NCBI GenBank assembly: GCA_051418015.1
Contig: JBPRGF010000031.1
Coordinates: 96,001-160,000, forward strand
Direction: 5' to 3'
Origin: Candidatus Nitrospinota bacterium M3_3B_026
Lineage (GTDB): Bacteria > Nitrospinota_A > UBA7883 > JBPRGF01
DNA length: 64,000 nucleotides
The notes under the pieces were generated by a model that made no database searches, was not told the origin of the DNA, and saw nothing but the letters and a program-made list of their open reading frames with translations. The position numbers and the translations under genes are program-made. Below, piece after piece: positions 9,421 through 17,399 of the stretch (its first letter is position 1; the number at the start of each line of letters is the position of its first letter).

Positions 9421-10653
9421 GTGGAGGAGCATAAAAAGAGCGTCCTTTTCGTGGACGACGAGCCGAAGATACTGGACGGCCTGCGGCGGATGCTCCGGGG
9501 GATGCGCGGCAAGTGGGACATGGCCTTCGCCAAAAGCGGCCCCGAGGCGCTTCAGATGCTCGCCGAAGAACCGTTCGACGTCATCGTCACCGACATGCGG
9601 ATGCCGGGGATGGACGGGGCCCAGCTTCTGGACGAGGTCTCGAACCGCTATCCCCAGATAGTGCGGATAGTCCTCTCCGGCCAGTCGGACAGGGAGATGA
9701 TCTTCAAGTCCGTCGGCCCCGCGCACCAGTATCTTACAAAACCCTGCGACGCGGACACGCTGAAAGCCGTCGTGGGGAAAGCCTGCGCCCTGCGCGACAT
9801 ACTGAAGGAAGAGACCGTGAAAAAGATGGTCTCCCGGATAAAATCCCTGCCCAGCATCCCTTCCCTCTACTTCGAGCTGATCGAGGAGATAGAAAACCCC
9901 GAAGGCTCCATGGCCGCCATAGGCGGGATAATCTCCAAGGACCTGGGGATGACCGCCAAGATACTGCAGCTTGTCAACTCCGCTTTCTTCGGCCTGCCCC
10001 AGCGCGTCTCCAGCCCCGCCCAGGCGGCCAGCCTCCTGGGCCTGGATATAATCAAGGCGCTGGTGCTTTCCACTGGTATATTCTCGCAGTTCGAAAAAAC
10101 GAGGGTCCCCGGCTTTTCCATGGATGAGCTGTGGCGCCACAGCGGGGCCGCCGCCGTCTGCGCAAAGGAAATCGCCAAGACGGAAGGGGTGGACGGGAAG
10201 ACGATCGACGATTCCTTCATGGCCGGGATGCTCCACGACGTGGGGATACTCATCCTGGCGTCCAACTTCCCGGAAGAGTATGGAGAAATCCTCAAGCTCG
10301 CCGAAAAGGAGGACCTGAAGCTCTCCGCGGCGGAGACTCGCGTCCTGGGGACGAGCCACGCCGAGGTCGGCGGCTACCTGCTGGGCCTGTGGGGCCTGCC
10401 GGACGTCATCGTGGAGGCGGCCTTTTTCCACCACGCGCCCGGGAAAGCCGACCCCGCCGGGTTCTCCCCCCTCGTGGCGACCCACGTCGCAAGCAGCCTG
10501 GAAGGAGAGGTGAGCAGGTCCAGGACGATGAGAACCGTCGGGGGGGTGGACGAGGATTTCCTCGCCTCCATCGGCCTTGCGGAAAGGCTGCCTGTGTGGA
10601 GGGAGGCGTGCGGCACGGTGCTGCGGAAAAGAGAGGAAAATGACGAAAACTAG
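9421..10653 (+). CDS. Response regulator, REC plus HDOD domain
   Basis: FVDDE, TDMRMPGMDG; HDOD motifs LPSIP, D.GMTAKILQLVNSAFFG, LWRHS, AGMLHDVG, SHAEVGGYLLGLWGLP. Confidence 0.92.
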   Translation: MEEHKKSVLFVDDEPKILDGLRRMLRGMRGKWDMAFAKSGPEALQMLAEEPFDVIVTDMRMPGMDGAQLLDEVSNRYPQIVRIVLSGQSDREMIFKSVGPAHQYLTKPCDADTLKAVVGKACALRDILKEETVKKMVSRIKSLPSIPSLYFELIEEIENPEGSMAAIGGIISKDLGMTAKILQLVNSAFFGLPQRVSSPAQAASLLGLDIIKALVLSTGIFSQFEKTRVPGFSMDELWRHSGAAAVCAKEIAKTEGVDGKTIDDSFMAGMLHDVGILILASNFPEEYGEILKLAEKEDLKLSAAETRVLGTSHAEVGGYLLGLWGLPDVIVEAAFFHHAPGKADPAGFSPLVATHVASSLEGEVSRSRTMRTVGGVDEDFLASIGLAERLPVWREACGTVLRKREENDEN

Positions 10654-11836
10654 GGAAAAAGTCCTCTGCGTGGATGACGACCCGAACATCCTCGACGCCT
10701 ACAAACGCAACCTGAGAAAACAGTTCGCCCTGGACACGGCCCTGGGGCCGGAGGAGGGGCTGGAGGCGGTGGCGCGGAAGGGCCCCTACGCCGTCGTTGT
10801 CTCCGACCTCAAGATGCCCGGCATGGACGGGGTGACGTTTCTGTCAAAGGTGGCCGAGACCGCGCCGGACACCGTGCGCGTGATGCTGACGGGCTACGCC
10901 GACGTGAACACGGCCATAAGCTCCGTCAACGAGGGGCGCATATTCCGTTTCCTGACGAAACCGTGCCCGCCGGATGAGCTGGCCAAAACGCTGGCGGCGA
11001 GCGTGGAGCAGTACCGCCTTGTCATGGCGGAGCGGGAGCTTTTGGAGAAGACCCTCAGCCGCAGCGTCAGGGTGCTGATAGACATCCTCGCCCTTGTGAA
11101 CCCGGCGGCCTTCAGCAAGGCCACGCGCCTGCGGCGCTACGTGCGGCATATGGCCGCCGAGCTTGAGCTTGCCGGGGCATGGCGGTATGAGCTGGCCGCC
11201 GCGCTGTCGCAAGTCGGCTGCGTGGCGCTGCCGACGGATACGCTGGAGAAGGCCGCCGTGGGCGAGGCCCTGACGGAGGAAGAAGAGAGGGCCTGGGCCT
11301 CCCACCCGGCCATGGCCGGGGAGTTGCTGAAGAAGATACCAAGGCTGGAGACTGTGGCGGAGATGATCGAAAACCAGCGGACGCCGTTCCGCGAGGTCTC
11401 CGCCGCCTGGCAGGGCGAGAAGATCGACCCCGTGGCGCTGGGCGGGCAGCTGCTCAAAACGGCGATCGATTTCGACAACCTCATCATGGAAGGCAAACCC
11501 ATCCAAAAAGCCGTGGCAAAACTCCTCGACGACCCTGGCGAGCGCAATCCCCTGCTGGTCACCGCTCTCAAGAACATCGTGATAAAAAAAGAAGGCTCTG
11601 TCCCCAAGCTCCTCAGGATAGGCGAGCTGGCGCCGGGCATGACGACGGCCGAGGACGTGCGGACGAAAAACGGCATACTCCTGACGTCAAAGGGCCAGGA
11701 GATAAACGAGCTTATCCTGCAGCGGCTGAAAAACTTCTGGCGCAACGGCGCCATCGACGGCCGCGTCAGGGTCCTGGTCCCGATGGACGAGACCGAAGGG
11801 GGCAAAAAAGAAGAACGGAAAACGGTGGAGGAATAA
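10640..11836 (+). CDS. Response regulator, REC plus degenerate HD/HD-GYP-like domain
   Basis: CVDDD, SDLKMPGMDG, FLTKP; HD-GYP-like scaffold with SQVG in place of HDIG and no HHE..GYP motif; start at ATG 10640. Confidence 0.85.
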   Translation: MTKTREKVLCVDDDPNILDAYKRNLRKQFALDTALGPEEGLEAVARKGPYAVVVSDLKMPGMDGVTFLSKVAETAPDTVRVMLTGYADVNTAISSVNEGRIFRFLTKPCPPDELAKTLAASVEQYRLVMAERELLEKTLSRSVRVLIDILALVNPAAFSKATRLRRYVRHMAAELELAGAWRYELAAALSQVGCVALPTDTLEKAAVGEALTEEEERAWASHPAMAGELLKKIPRLETVAEMIENQRTPFREVSAAWQGEKIDPVALGGQLLKTAIDFDNLIMEGKPIQKAVAKLLDDPGERNPLLVTALKNIVIKKEGSVPKLLRIGELAPGMTTAEDVRTKNGILLTSKGQEINELILQRLKNFWRNGAIDGRVRVLVPMDETEGGKKEERKTVEE

Positions 11837-11839
11837 CCC

Positions 11840-12427
11840 ATGAGGCACAGGGTGCTTTTCGTAGACGACGACGCGAACATCACGGACGGCCTGAAAAGGG
11901 CTCTCCGGAGAGAGCCTTACGAAACGCTCACGGCCAACTCCGCCGAGGAGGCCTACAGGCTGATGAGCGAAAAGGAGGTGGACGTGGTGGTCTCCGACGA
12001 GAAGATGCCCCGCGTGTCGGGGACGGATTTCCTGTCGGTGGTGAGGCGCAAGTTCCCGGAAACCATCAGGATGATGCTGACCGGCCACGCGAGCCTGTCG
12101 AACATGAAGAAGGCGATCAACGAGGGGGAGGTCTACAGGTTTTTCACCAAGCCCGTCAACGACATCGAGCTGGCCGTCGCCATCCACCACGCGCTGAAAC
12201 AAAAGGACCTGATGGCGGAGGCCCGGAGGCTGCTTGGCTTGTACAGGAAGCAAAGCTCCCTGATCGAGAAGATGGAGCAGGAGGGGGCCGCCATACCACG
12301 GCTGGACGTGGACGAAAAAGAGGAGACCTGGTACATTGAGGACGAGCCGTCGGAGACGGATGTAGACAGGCTCTTGAAGGAGATCAGGGAGGAAACAAGG
12401 AAACGGGCGGGGGGCGGCGCGGACTGA
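11840..12427 (+). CDS. Response regulator receiver protein with short acidic C-terminal tail
   Basis: FVDDD, SDEKMP, MLTG, FFTKP; no HTH domain. Confidence 0.9.
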   Translation: MRHRVLFVDDDANITDGLKRALRREPYETLTANSAEEAYRLMSEKEVDVVVSDEKMPRVSGTDFLSVVRRKFPETIRMMLTGHASLSNMKKAINEGEVYRFFTKPVNDIELAVAIHHALKQKDLMAEARRLLGLYRKQSSLIEKMEQEGAAIPRLDVDEKEETWYIEDEPSETDVDRLLKEIREETRKRAGGGAD

Positions 12428-12468
12428 AAGCTCCCCCGCGCCCGCGCCGCCGGGAATCAAGGTTTTCA

Positions 12469-12496
12469 TGGACTATCCCGCGTTTTTCCCTATAAT
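12469..12496 (+). promoter_or_regulatory. Putative sigma70 promoter for tRNA-Leu
   Basis: TGGACT-16 nt-TATAAT about 40 nt upstream of the tRNA. Confidence 0.45.
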
Positions 12497-12535
12497 ATTA
12501 CCCTTGCGGGCGCCCCGGTGGGGCGTTCGTTTTTC

Positions 12536-12620
12536 GCCCTGGTGGTGGAACTGGTAGACACGCCATCTTGAGGGGGTGGTGGGGAGACCCGTTCCGGTTC
12601 GAATCCGGACCAGGGCACCA
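12536..12620 (+). tRNA. tRNA-Leu (anticodon GAG)
   Basis: GCCCTGG/CCAGGGC acceptor stem, D-loop GGAACTGGTAGAC, anticodon loop TTGAGGG, long variable arm, GTTCGAATC T-loop, encoded CCA. Confidence 0.97.
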
Positions 12621-12656
12621 TAAAAAAAACATCGTCCGAGCCGCTTTTTCGATCAG

Positions 12657-12881
12657 ATGAAATCCCCAGGCAAGCGCCCGGCATTCAGCGGGCTGATCTC
12701 CGCCGTCTTCGCCGCCGCCGCCGTCTTTGTTTTCGGCATAACCACGTGGAACGTGTTGAAGTCGGGCGGCGAGCCGGTCTGGGCCGTCTTCTACGGCCTG
12801 CTGTATGGGGGGATCACTTTCCTGGTCGGGGTGTTCATCTCCTACCTGGAGACGCCGGGCGGAAAAGACAACGGCGGCTGA
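12657..12881 (+). CDS. Small hypothetical membrane protein (2 TM)
   Basis: 74 aa with two hydrophobic segments; fills the gap between the tRNA and cobB. Confidence 0.6.
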   Translation: MKSPGKRPAFSGLISAVFAAAAVFVFGITTWNVLKSGGEPVWAVFYGLLYGGITFLVGVFISYLETPGGKDNGG

Positions 12882-12920
12882 CGGGGACTTCGAGACTTTC
12901 GCGCGTCCGGCAGCGAATCT

Positions 12921-13667
12921 TCAGTTCTCCAGAATTTTCAGAATTTCCGGCAGGACCTCGCCGGAAGAGCCCAGCAGCGTGGCGTCGGCCTCGTGGGAGA
13001 TAGGCGTCGGCTCCAGGTTGACCTCGATCACCGCCGCGCCGCCGCTTTTGGCCAGCCCCGCCAGGCTCGCCGCCGGCTGGACGACGCCGGACGTGCCGAT
13101 GACGAAAAAGACGTCGGCCGACCGCGCCGCGCCGAAGGAGCGCTCGAGCACATGAGGGTCGAGCGCCTCGCCGAACCAGACTATGTGCGGGCGCAGCATC
13201 CCGCCGCAGTCCGGGCACCTTGGCGGCATCTCGGTAAGGGGCGTCTGGCGGTTCTCCATCACCGTCCCCTCGTAGAGGCACCTTGTGAACCAGATATTCC
13301 CGTGCATCTCCACGGGATCGGAGCTGCCCGCCAGGCGGTGGAGCCCGTCGACGTTCTGCGTCACCAGGGTGAAATCGTCGAAGATTCTCTCCATCCGCGC
13401 CAGGGCGTGATGGCCCGGGTTCGGCTTCAACGGGGCGATCAGGCCGCGGCGCCAGTCGTACCACCGCCAGACAAGCTCCGGGTCACGCTCGAAAGCCTCC
13501 GGCGTGGCCAGCTCCTCGGCCCGGTAGCTGTTCCACAGCCCCTCTTTTCCCCGGAAAGTCGGCACTCCCGACTCGGCGGACACCCCCGCCCCCGTCAGCG
13601 CCGCCACGCGTCTGGCGGCCCGGAGCTTTGCGGCAAGGTCTTCTGACAGGTTTTTCATAACGTTCAT
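12921..13667 (-). CDS. cobB: NAD-dependent protein deacylase (class III sirtuin)
   Basis: GAGVSAESGVPTFRG, TQNVDGLH, HG, CPDC, RPHIVWFGE, IGTS; the Y..R pair in WYDWRR is typical of desuccinylases. Confidence 0.95.
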   Translation of the reverse strand: MNVMKNLSEDLAAKLRAARRVAALTGAGVSAESGVPTFRGKEGLWNSYRAEELATPEAFERDPELVWRWYDWRRGLIAPLKPNPGHHALARMERIFDDFTLVTQNVDGLHRLAGSSDPVEMHGNIWFTRCLYEGTVMENRQTPLTEMPPRCPDCGGMLRPHIVWFGEALDPHVLERSFGAARSADVFFVIGTSGVVQPAASLAGLAKSGGAAVIEVNLEPTPISHEADATLLGSSGEVLPEILKILEN

Positions 13668-13692
13668 CTTCGCAAGGAAAAGCCTATCATAA

Positions 13693-15039
13693 TCATCCCC
13701 CTTCCTTCACGGCGCCGCGCGCGTCTTCCCCCTCCCCGGCGCCGGTCGCCGCCGCGGCCTCGCCGGACTGGGTGAGGCTTCTTTTCATCATCACCGGGCC
13801 CGCTATCTGGTTCATCACGATAGAGGCGATTATCAGGGTGGAAAGAGCCGGCCCCCATGTTGGGAACTCCTTTTCTATCATCACCGCGAAGCCGATGCTC
13901 ACCCCCGCCTGCCCGATGAACCCCGTCCAGGAATACCGGGCGATGCGTTCTTCCTCCCCCGCCAGCCTCAGGCCGGTGAAGACGCCGGTCCTCGTGCCGA
14001 GCATCCTGGCCGCGACAAGTATCGTCGCGTAGGGCCACGTCTCTGACAGGGCCTTCATGTCCAGCCCCTGGCCGGCCAGGGAAAAGAAGACTATATAGAT
14101 GGGCAGAGAGCTGGTCTCGAGCCCCTCGATGAGCCTCCCTCCCTCCTTCGACATGTTCTCTATCATGAAACCCGTCATGATCGCCGGCAGCAGCGGCCTT
14201 ATCTCGAGCGCGCCGCATATCTCCACCAGGACCAGCGCCACGCCTACGACGAACAGTGGTATGTTTCCGTAATCCGCCTTGAGATAGACGATCATCGCCG
14301 CGCCGACCACAAACCCCAGGCCCAGGGATATCGCCATGTCGTAGGCCACGTGGAGGGCGAACCCCGTTCCCACGTCCATATTCTCCCCCATCACCGCCGA
14401 GGCAAGCCCCATGGCCAGCCCAAAAAGGATTATGACGATGACGTCCTTCAGCACCGTGACGCCCAGCACCGTGTCGGAGACGGGGCCCTTCGACTTCGTT
14501 TCCGTGATGACGGCGATGGCCGTGGCAGGGGAGTTGGCCGTGGCGATCACCCCCAGCAGCAACGCGCCGGAGAAGGCCATCGCCAGCGTCCTCGGCGTGA
14601 GGCTCGATATGTAAAGCAGCGGGAGAAACAGGGCGAAGACCAGGGCGAAGGTGAACAGGCTCTGCGCCCCAGCCGTCCACAGAAGCGCCTTCAGCCTGGG
14701 CGCGAACCGCGCCACCTGCAGCTCGCCCCCGGCCGACAGGGCGATCAGCGTCAACGCCAGGTCGTCCACCAGCCTGAGCGGGCCCGCGCTCTCGTCCGTC
14801 ACCACGCCCAGCCCGAACGGCCCCGCCATCACCCCGGCGATCAAAAAGCCCGTTATCATCGGCGCGTTGAAAAAGAGGGCTATTCTCCCGAGTAGAAAAG
14901 CGAACAGCAGCAGGAACCCAAGCGAGAAAGTGCTCTCCGCCAGCAGGGATCCCGAGGCCCACGTCCTGCTCATCTCGTGGACCAGCACCGCCACCGCCAA
15001 TACCACGACCGCCAGGAGAAGGTCCCGCGCAAGACTCAT
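13693..15039 (-). CDS. Cation:proton antiporter (CPA superfamily), copy B
   Basis: About 13 TM; PMITGFLIAG..AGP, ATANSPATAIAVI, VTVLKD, FFSLAG, GQAGVSIG; ATG overlaps the stop of copy A. Confidence 0.85.
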   Translation of the reverse strand: MSLARDLLLAVVVLAVAVLVHEMSRTWASGSLLAESTFSLGFLLLFAFLLGRIALFFNAPMITGFLIAGVMAGPFGLGVVTDESAGPLRLVDDLALTLIALSAGGELQVARFAPRLKALLWTAGAQSLFTFALVFALFLPLLYISSLTPRTLAMAFSGALLLGVIATANSPATAIAVITETKSKGPVSDTVLGVTVLKDVIVIILFGLAMGLASAVMGENMDVGTGFALHVAYDMAISLGLGFVVGAAMIVYLKADYGNIPLFVVGVALVLVEICGALEIRPLLPAIMTGFMIENMSKEGGRLIEGLETSSLPIYIVFFSLAGQGLDMKALSETWPYATILVAARMLGTRTGVFTGLRLAGEEERIARYSWTGFIGQAGVSIGFAVMIEKEFPTWGPALSTLIIASIVMNQIAGPVMMKRSLTQSGEAAAATGAGEGEDARGAVKEGG

Positions 15040-16241
15040 GCTTTTTCCTCCTCCCCGCTCATGACCCGGCGGATAAGGAACGGGGCCAGTATCTCGTTCA
15101 TTATCATCGCGGCCACGATGACGCCAAAGGCCGCCTCGGGCCCCTCCCCGGGGTAGACCAGCAGAAAGTTCAGCCCGATGGCCGGGGCCAGCGCTCCCTG
15201 CGCCGCCAGCGCCATCCCCGCGCCTGGGGGGGTCCTTCTCTTCTCTGGCAGGGCCTCGGACGCCCTGTCGAAAGCCTCGCGCTTGAGCCACAGCCGCGCC
15301 CCGACCAGCAGAAAAGCCATCGCCCAGACGCCCAGGCCGAGCCTTTGCCACCACATGCCCGTCACCAGCAGGAGCATGACGTAGAAAGGTTTCTCGGTGG
15401 AGTAGAGGAGGCTGAACATCTTGTCGTCGCGCTCCAGGACGTTCGCCAGGATCACGCCGGTCAACAGGCTGAGGAAGAGCGGGGACAAGTTCAGGTAGAA
15501 CGCCGTGCCGGACATGAAAACGATGAAGCCGATGAGGACAGCCAGGTTCTCCTCCGGCTTGAGCTCCTCCCTGCCGAAGAACCTGAAAAGGCCCGCCAGC
15601 GCCAGGGCCACCAGCGCCGAATAGCCAAGGAGCGCTCCCCCCCGGCCAAGCGAGAACGCCCCCCCCTGCTCCGGCGGAAAGAAGCAGAATACAAGCCCTA
15701 TCGCCAGCAACGCCGGCGCGAGGTCCAGCGTGGCCACCAGCATGAGCTGCCGTATGGCGGCGCTTTTCGACCGGGGGAAGCGCGAGGACATGAGGCTGAG
15801 CGCCGTGGGGGAGGATATGGCCCCCGCCGCCGCCACTATCAGCGAAAAGGTCAGAGACTCTGTCCAGGAGATATCAAGGACCACCAGCGAGCAGGCGAAC
15901 ATGACCGGGAAAAGCCCTCCCCACACCACCACCGCCTGCAGGGCGGTCAGTTTCAACATGCCCGGGTCGACCTTCCGCAAATCCTCCAGCCTCAGCTGGC
16001 TCCCGAAGATGAGCCCGGCCCAGCCGAGCCCCAGGGCTATGAAAGGGTCCAGCAGCTCCAGCCTCTCCTGGCTGATGATCGAAAGGCCCATCGGCCCCAC
16101 CAGGGCCCCGGCGAGCATGAACTCCCAGCCGGTGAGGAACATGTCCCCCAGCGCCGCGGGGAGCCTGTCCTTGGAGAAGACGATCCTCTCGCCTATGTAG
16201 CCGATGACGATTATGGATATTACAACCCAGACGAGATTCAA
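15036..16241 (-). CDS. Cation:proton antiporter (CPA superfamily), copy A
   Basis: About 12-13 TM; FMLAGALVGP, GLIFGSQL, AISSP, LSPLF...GVILAN, AQGALA; TTG start. Confidence 0.8.
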   Translation of the reverse strand: MNLVWVVISIIVIGYIGERIVFSKDRLPAALGDMFLTGWEFMLAGALVGPMGLSIISQERLELLDPFIALGLGWAGLIFGSQLRLEDLRKVDPGMLKLTALQAVVVWGGLFPVMFACSLVVLDISWTESLTFSLIVAAAGAISSPTALSLMSSRFPRSKSAAIRQLMLVATLDLAPALLAIGLVFCFFPPEQGGAFSLGRGGALLGYSALVALALAGLFRFFGREELKPEENLAVLIGFIVFMSGTAFYLNLSPLFLSLLTGVILANVLERDDKMFSLLYSTEKPFYVMLLLVTGMWWQRLGLGVWAMAFLLVGARLWLKREAFDRASEALPEKRRTPPGAGMALAAQGALAPAIGLNFLLVYPGEGPEAAFGVIVAAMIMNEILAPFLIRRVMSGEEEKA

Positions 16242-16281
16242 CGTCCAGTCTCCTGAAGACGCCGGAAAAGAGCGCCGGATC

Positions 16282-16629
16282 TCAGCCGCCCGCCAGACCC
16301 TTCACCCTGCTCACCGGGATGGTGAAGATGATGCCGGAGCTCGGCTCCGTAAAGGATGTGTAGGTCTCCTCTATGATCTCCATGGCCCTGTCGACCAGCT
16401 CCGCGTCCATGACGGAGAATATGGTGACATTGGCCTCCCTGGCCCCGGAGAACATGTTCTTGAAACCCGCGAATATGGGGATGTCCTGGGAGATTATCTT
16501 TCCCATTCCCTTGGTGTCCACGATGGTGCAGCCGGTGACCCCTATCTCCAGGAAGGCCGCCAGCACGTCCTCCACGGCCTCGGGACGGTTCAACACGCAT
16601 ATAAGAAGCTCCTGGGGCATCGGGATCAT
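16282..16629 (-). CDS. PII-like signal transduction protein (non-canonical)
   Basis: 115 aa; GVTGCTIVDTKGMG and SGIIFTIPV match the PII fold pattern; no T-loop Tyr51. Confidence 0.8.
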   Translation of the reverse strand: MIPMPQELLICVLNRPEAVEDVLAAFLEIGVTGCTIVDTKGMGKIISQDIPIFAGFKNMFSGAREANVTIFSVMDAELVDRAMEIIEETYTSFTEPSSGIIFTIPVSRVKGLAGG

Positions 16630-17090
16630 CCCCTGTCGAACTGTTCGATGAGCCTGTAGGCTTCCCCGGGCGATGAGCTTTTTATGAGCTTTTCGACCAG
16701 GTCTCGCGTCTTGCAGGCGCGGACTATCATGGCCAGGAGTTGAAGGTGCGTCCGCGGCTGGCGCTCGGAGCCGATTATCATGAAAAAAAGCCTCGCGGGC
16801 TGGTCATCTATGGCGTCGAAATCCACCCCTCCCGGCGCCACGGCGACGGCCACCAGCATCTTCTCGATGTTCTCACCGGAGGCGTGGGGGATCGCCACAC
16901 CGCCCCCGATCCCCGTGGAGGCCAGCGTCTCGCGCTCCATGAGCTTGTCCAGCAGTATGTCACGCCTTGAAGACGGGATCCTGCCCGCCTCGATCAGACG
17001 ATCGACCATCATGGCGCAGGCGTCGGCCTTGTCCTTCGGCTCGAGGCCCGTCCAGACCAGGTCCTCGGAGAGAAAGTCGGTTATCCTCAT
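16626..17090 (-). CDS. PTS EIIA type-2 (PtsN/EIIA-Ntr-like) protein
   Basis: ERE..STGIGGGVAIPHA phospho-His motif, VDFDAIDDQP, HLQLLA; start taken at ATG 17090. Confidence 0.92.
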   Translation of the reverse strand: MRITDFLSEDLVWTGLEPKDKADACAMMVDRLIEAGRIPSSRRDILLDKLMERETLASTGIGGGVAIPHASGENIEKMLVAVAVAPGGVDFDAIDDQPARLFFMIIGSERQPRTHLQLLAMIVRACKTRDLVEKLIKSSSPGEAYRLIEQFDRG

Positions 17091-17143
17091 GTTTTCCAGC
17101 GTTTCCGGCGGACCGCCTCTGATTCGAAAATTCATGAATTGTT

Positions 17144-17173
17144 ATCATAAAATCCGCCGCCCTTCCATAGCAA
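17144..17173 (-). promoter_or_regulatory. Putative sigma70 promoter for the EIIA-PII-antiporter operon
   Basis: Minus strand TTGCTA-18 nt-TATGAT. Confidence 0.45.
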
Positions 17174-17186
17174 TCCGAAGCGTCTC

Positions 17187-17230
17187 AAAAAAAAGAGGCC
17201 CGCCGGGCCGTATTGCCGGACAGCGGGTCT
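17187..17230 (-). terminator. Intrinsic terminator-like hairpin
   Basis: Minus strand AGACCCGCTG...CGGCGGGCCT followed by C and T8. Confidence 0.5.
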
Positions 17231-17344
17231 GTCTGAATTTTTCTCTGAAGACAATCTTCCTCTCAATCCTCTCCCTTCGAGGGGAGAACGAGGTCCCGCG
17301 GCACGAGACGGCAGGGAAGACCTGTTCTTCAAACTGACCCGCCG
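17221..17344. repeat. MITE-like long inverted-repeat element
   Basis: Arms CAGCGGGTCTGTCTGAA and TTCAAACTGACCCGCCG (14/17 complementary), nested GAAGAC..TCTTCC/GGAAGA..TCTTC stem and an internal TCTCCC-TTCGAG-GGGAGA hairpin. Confidence 0.55.
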
Positions 17345-17399
17345 CCACCACGCCAGAATGGATGCGGAAGGGGGCCTGTTTGTGATAATAATGTATTCC

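Noticed and set aside
12536..12620. tRNA-Leu as the integration site of an island
   Set aside because: No integrase, no duplicated tRNA 3' end seen, and the flanking genes look native
12921..13667. Sir2-type anti-phage defence gene
   Set aside because: It is a canonical CobB deacylase with no defence partner genes
17221..17344. 6S RNA or SRP RNA
   Set aside because: Too short for 6S and not in its usual gene context; no SRP GGAA/AGCAG domain IV motif. An Rfam scan would settle it
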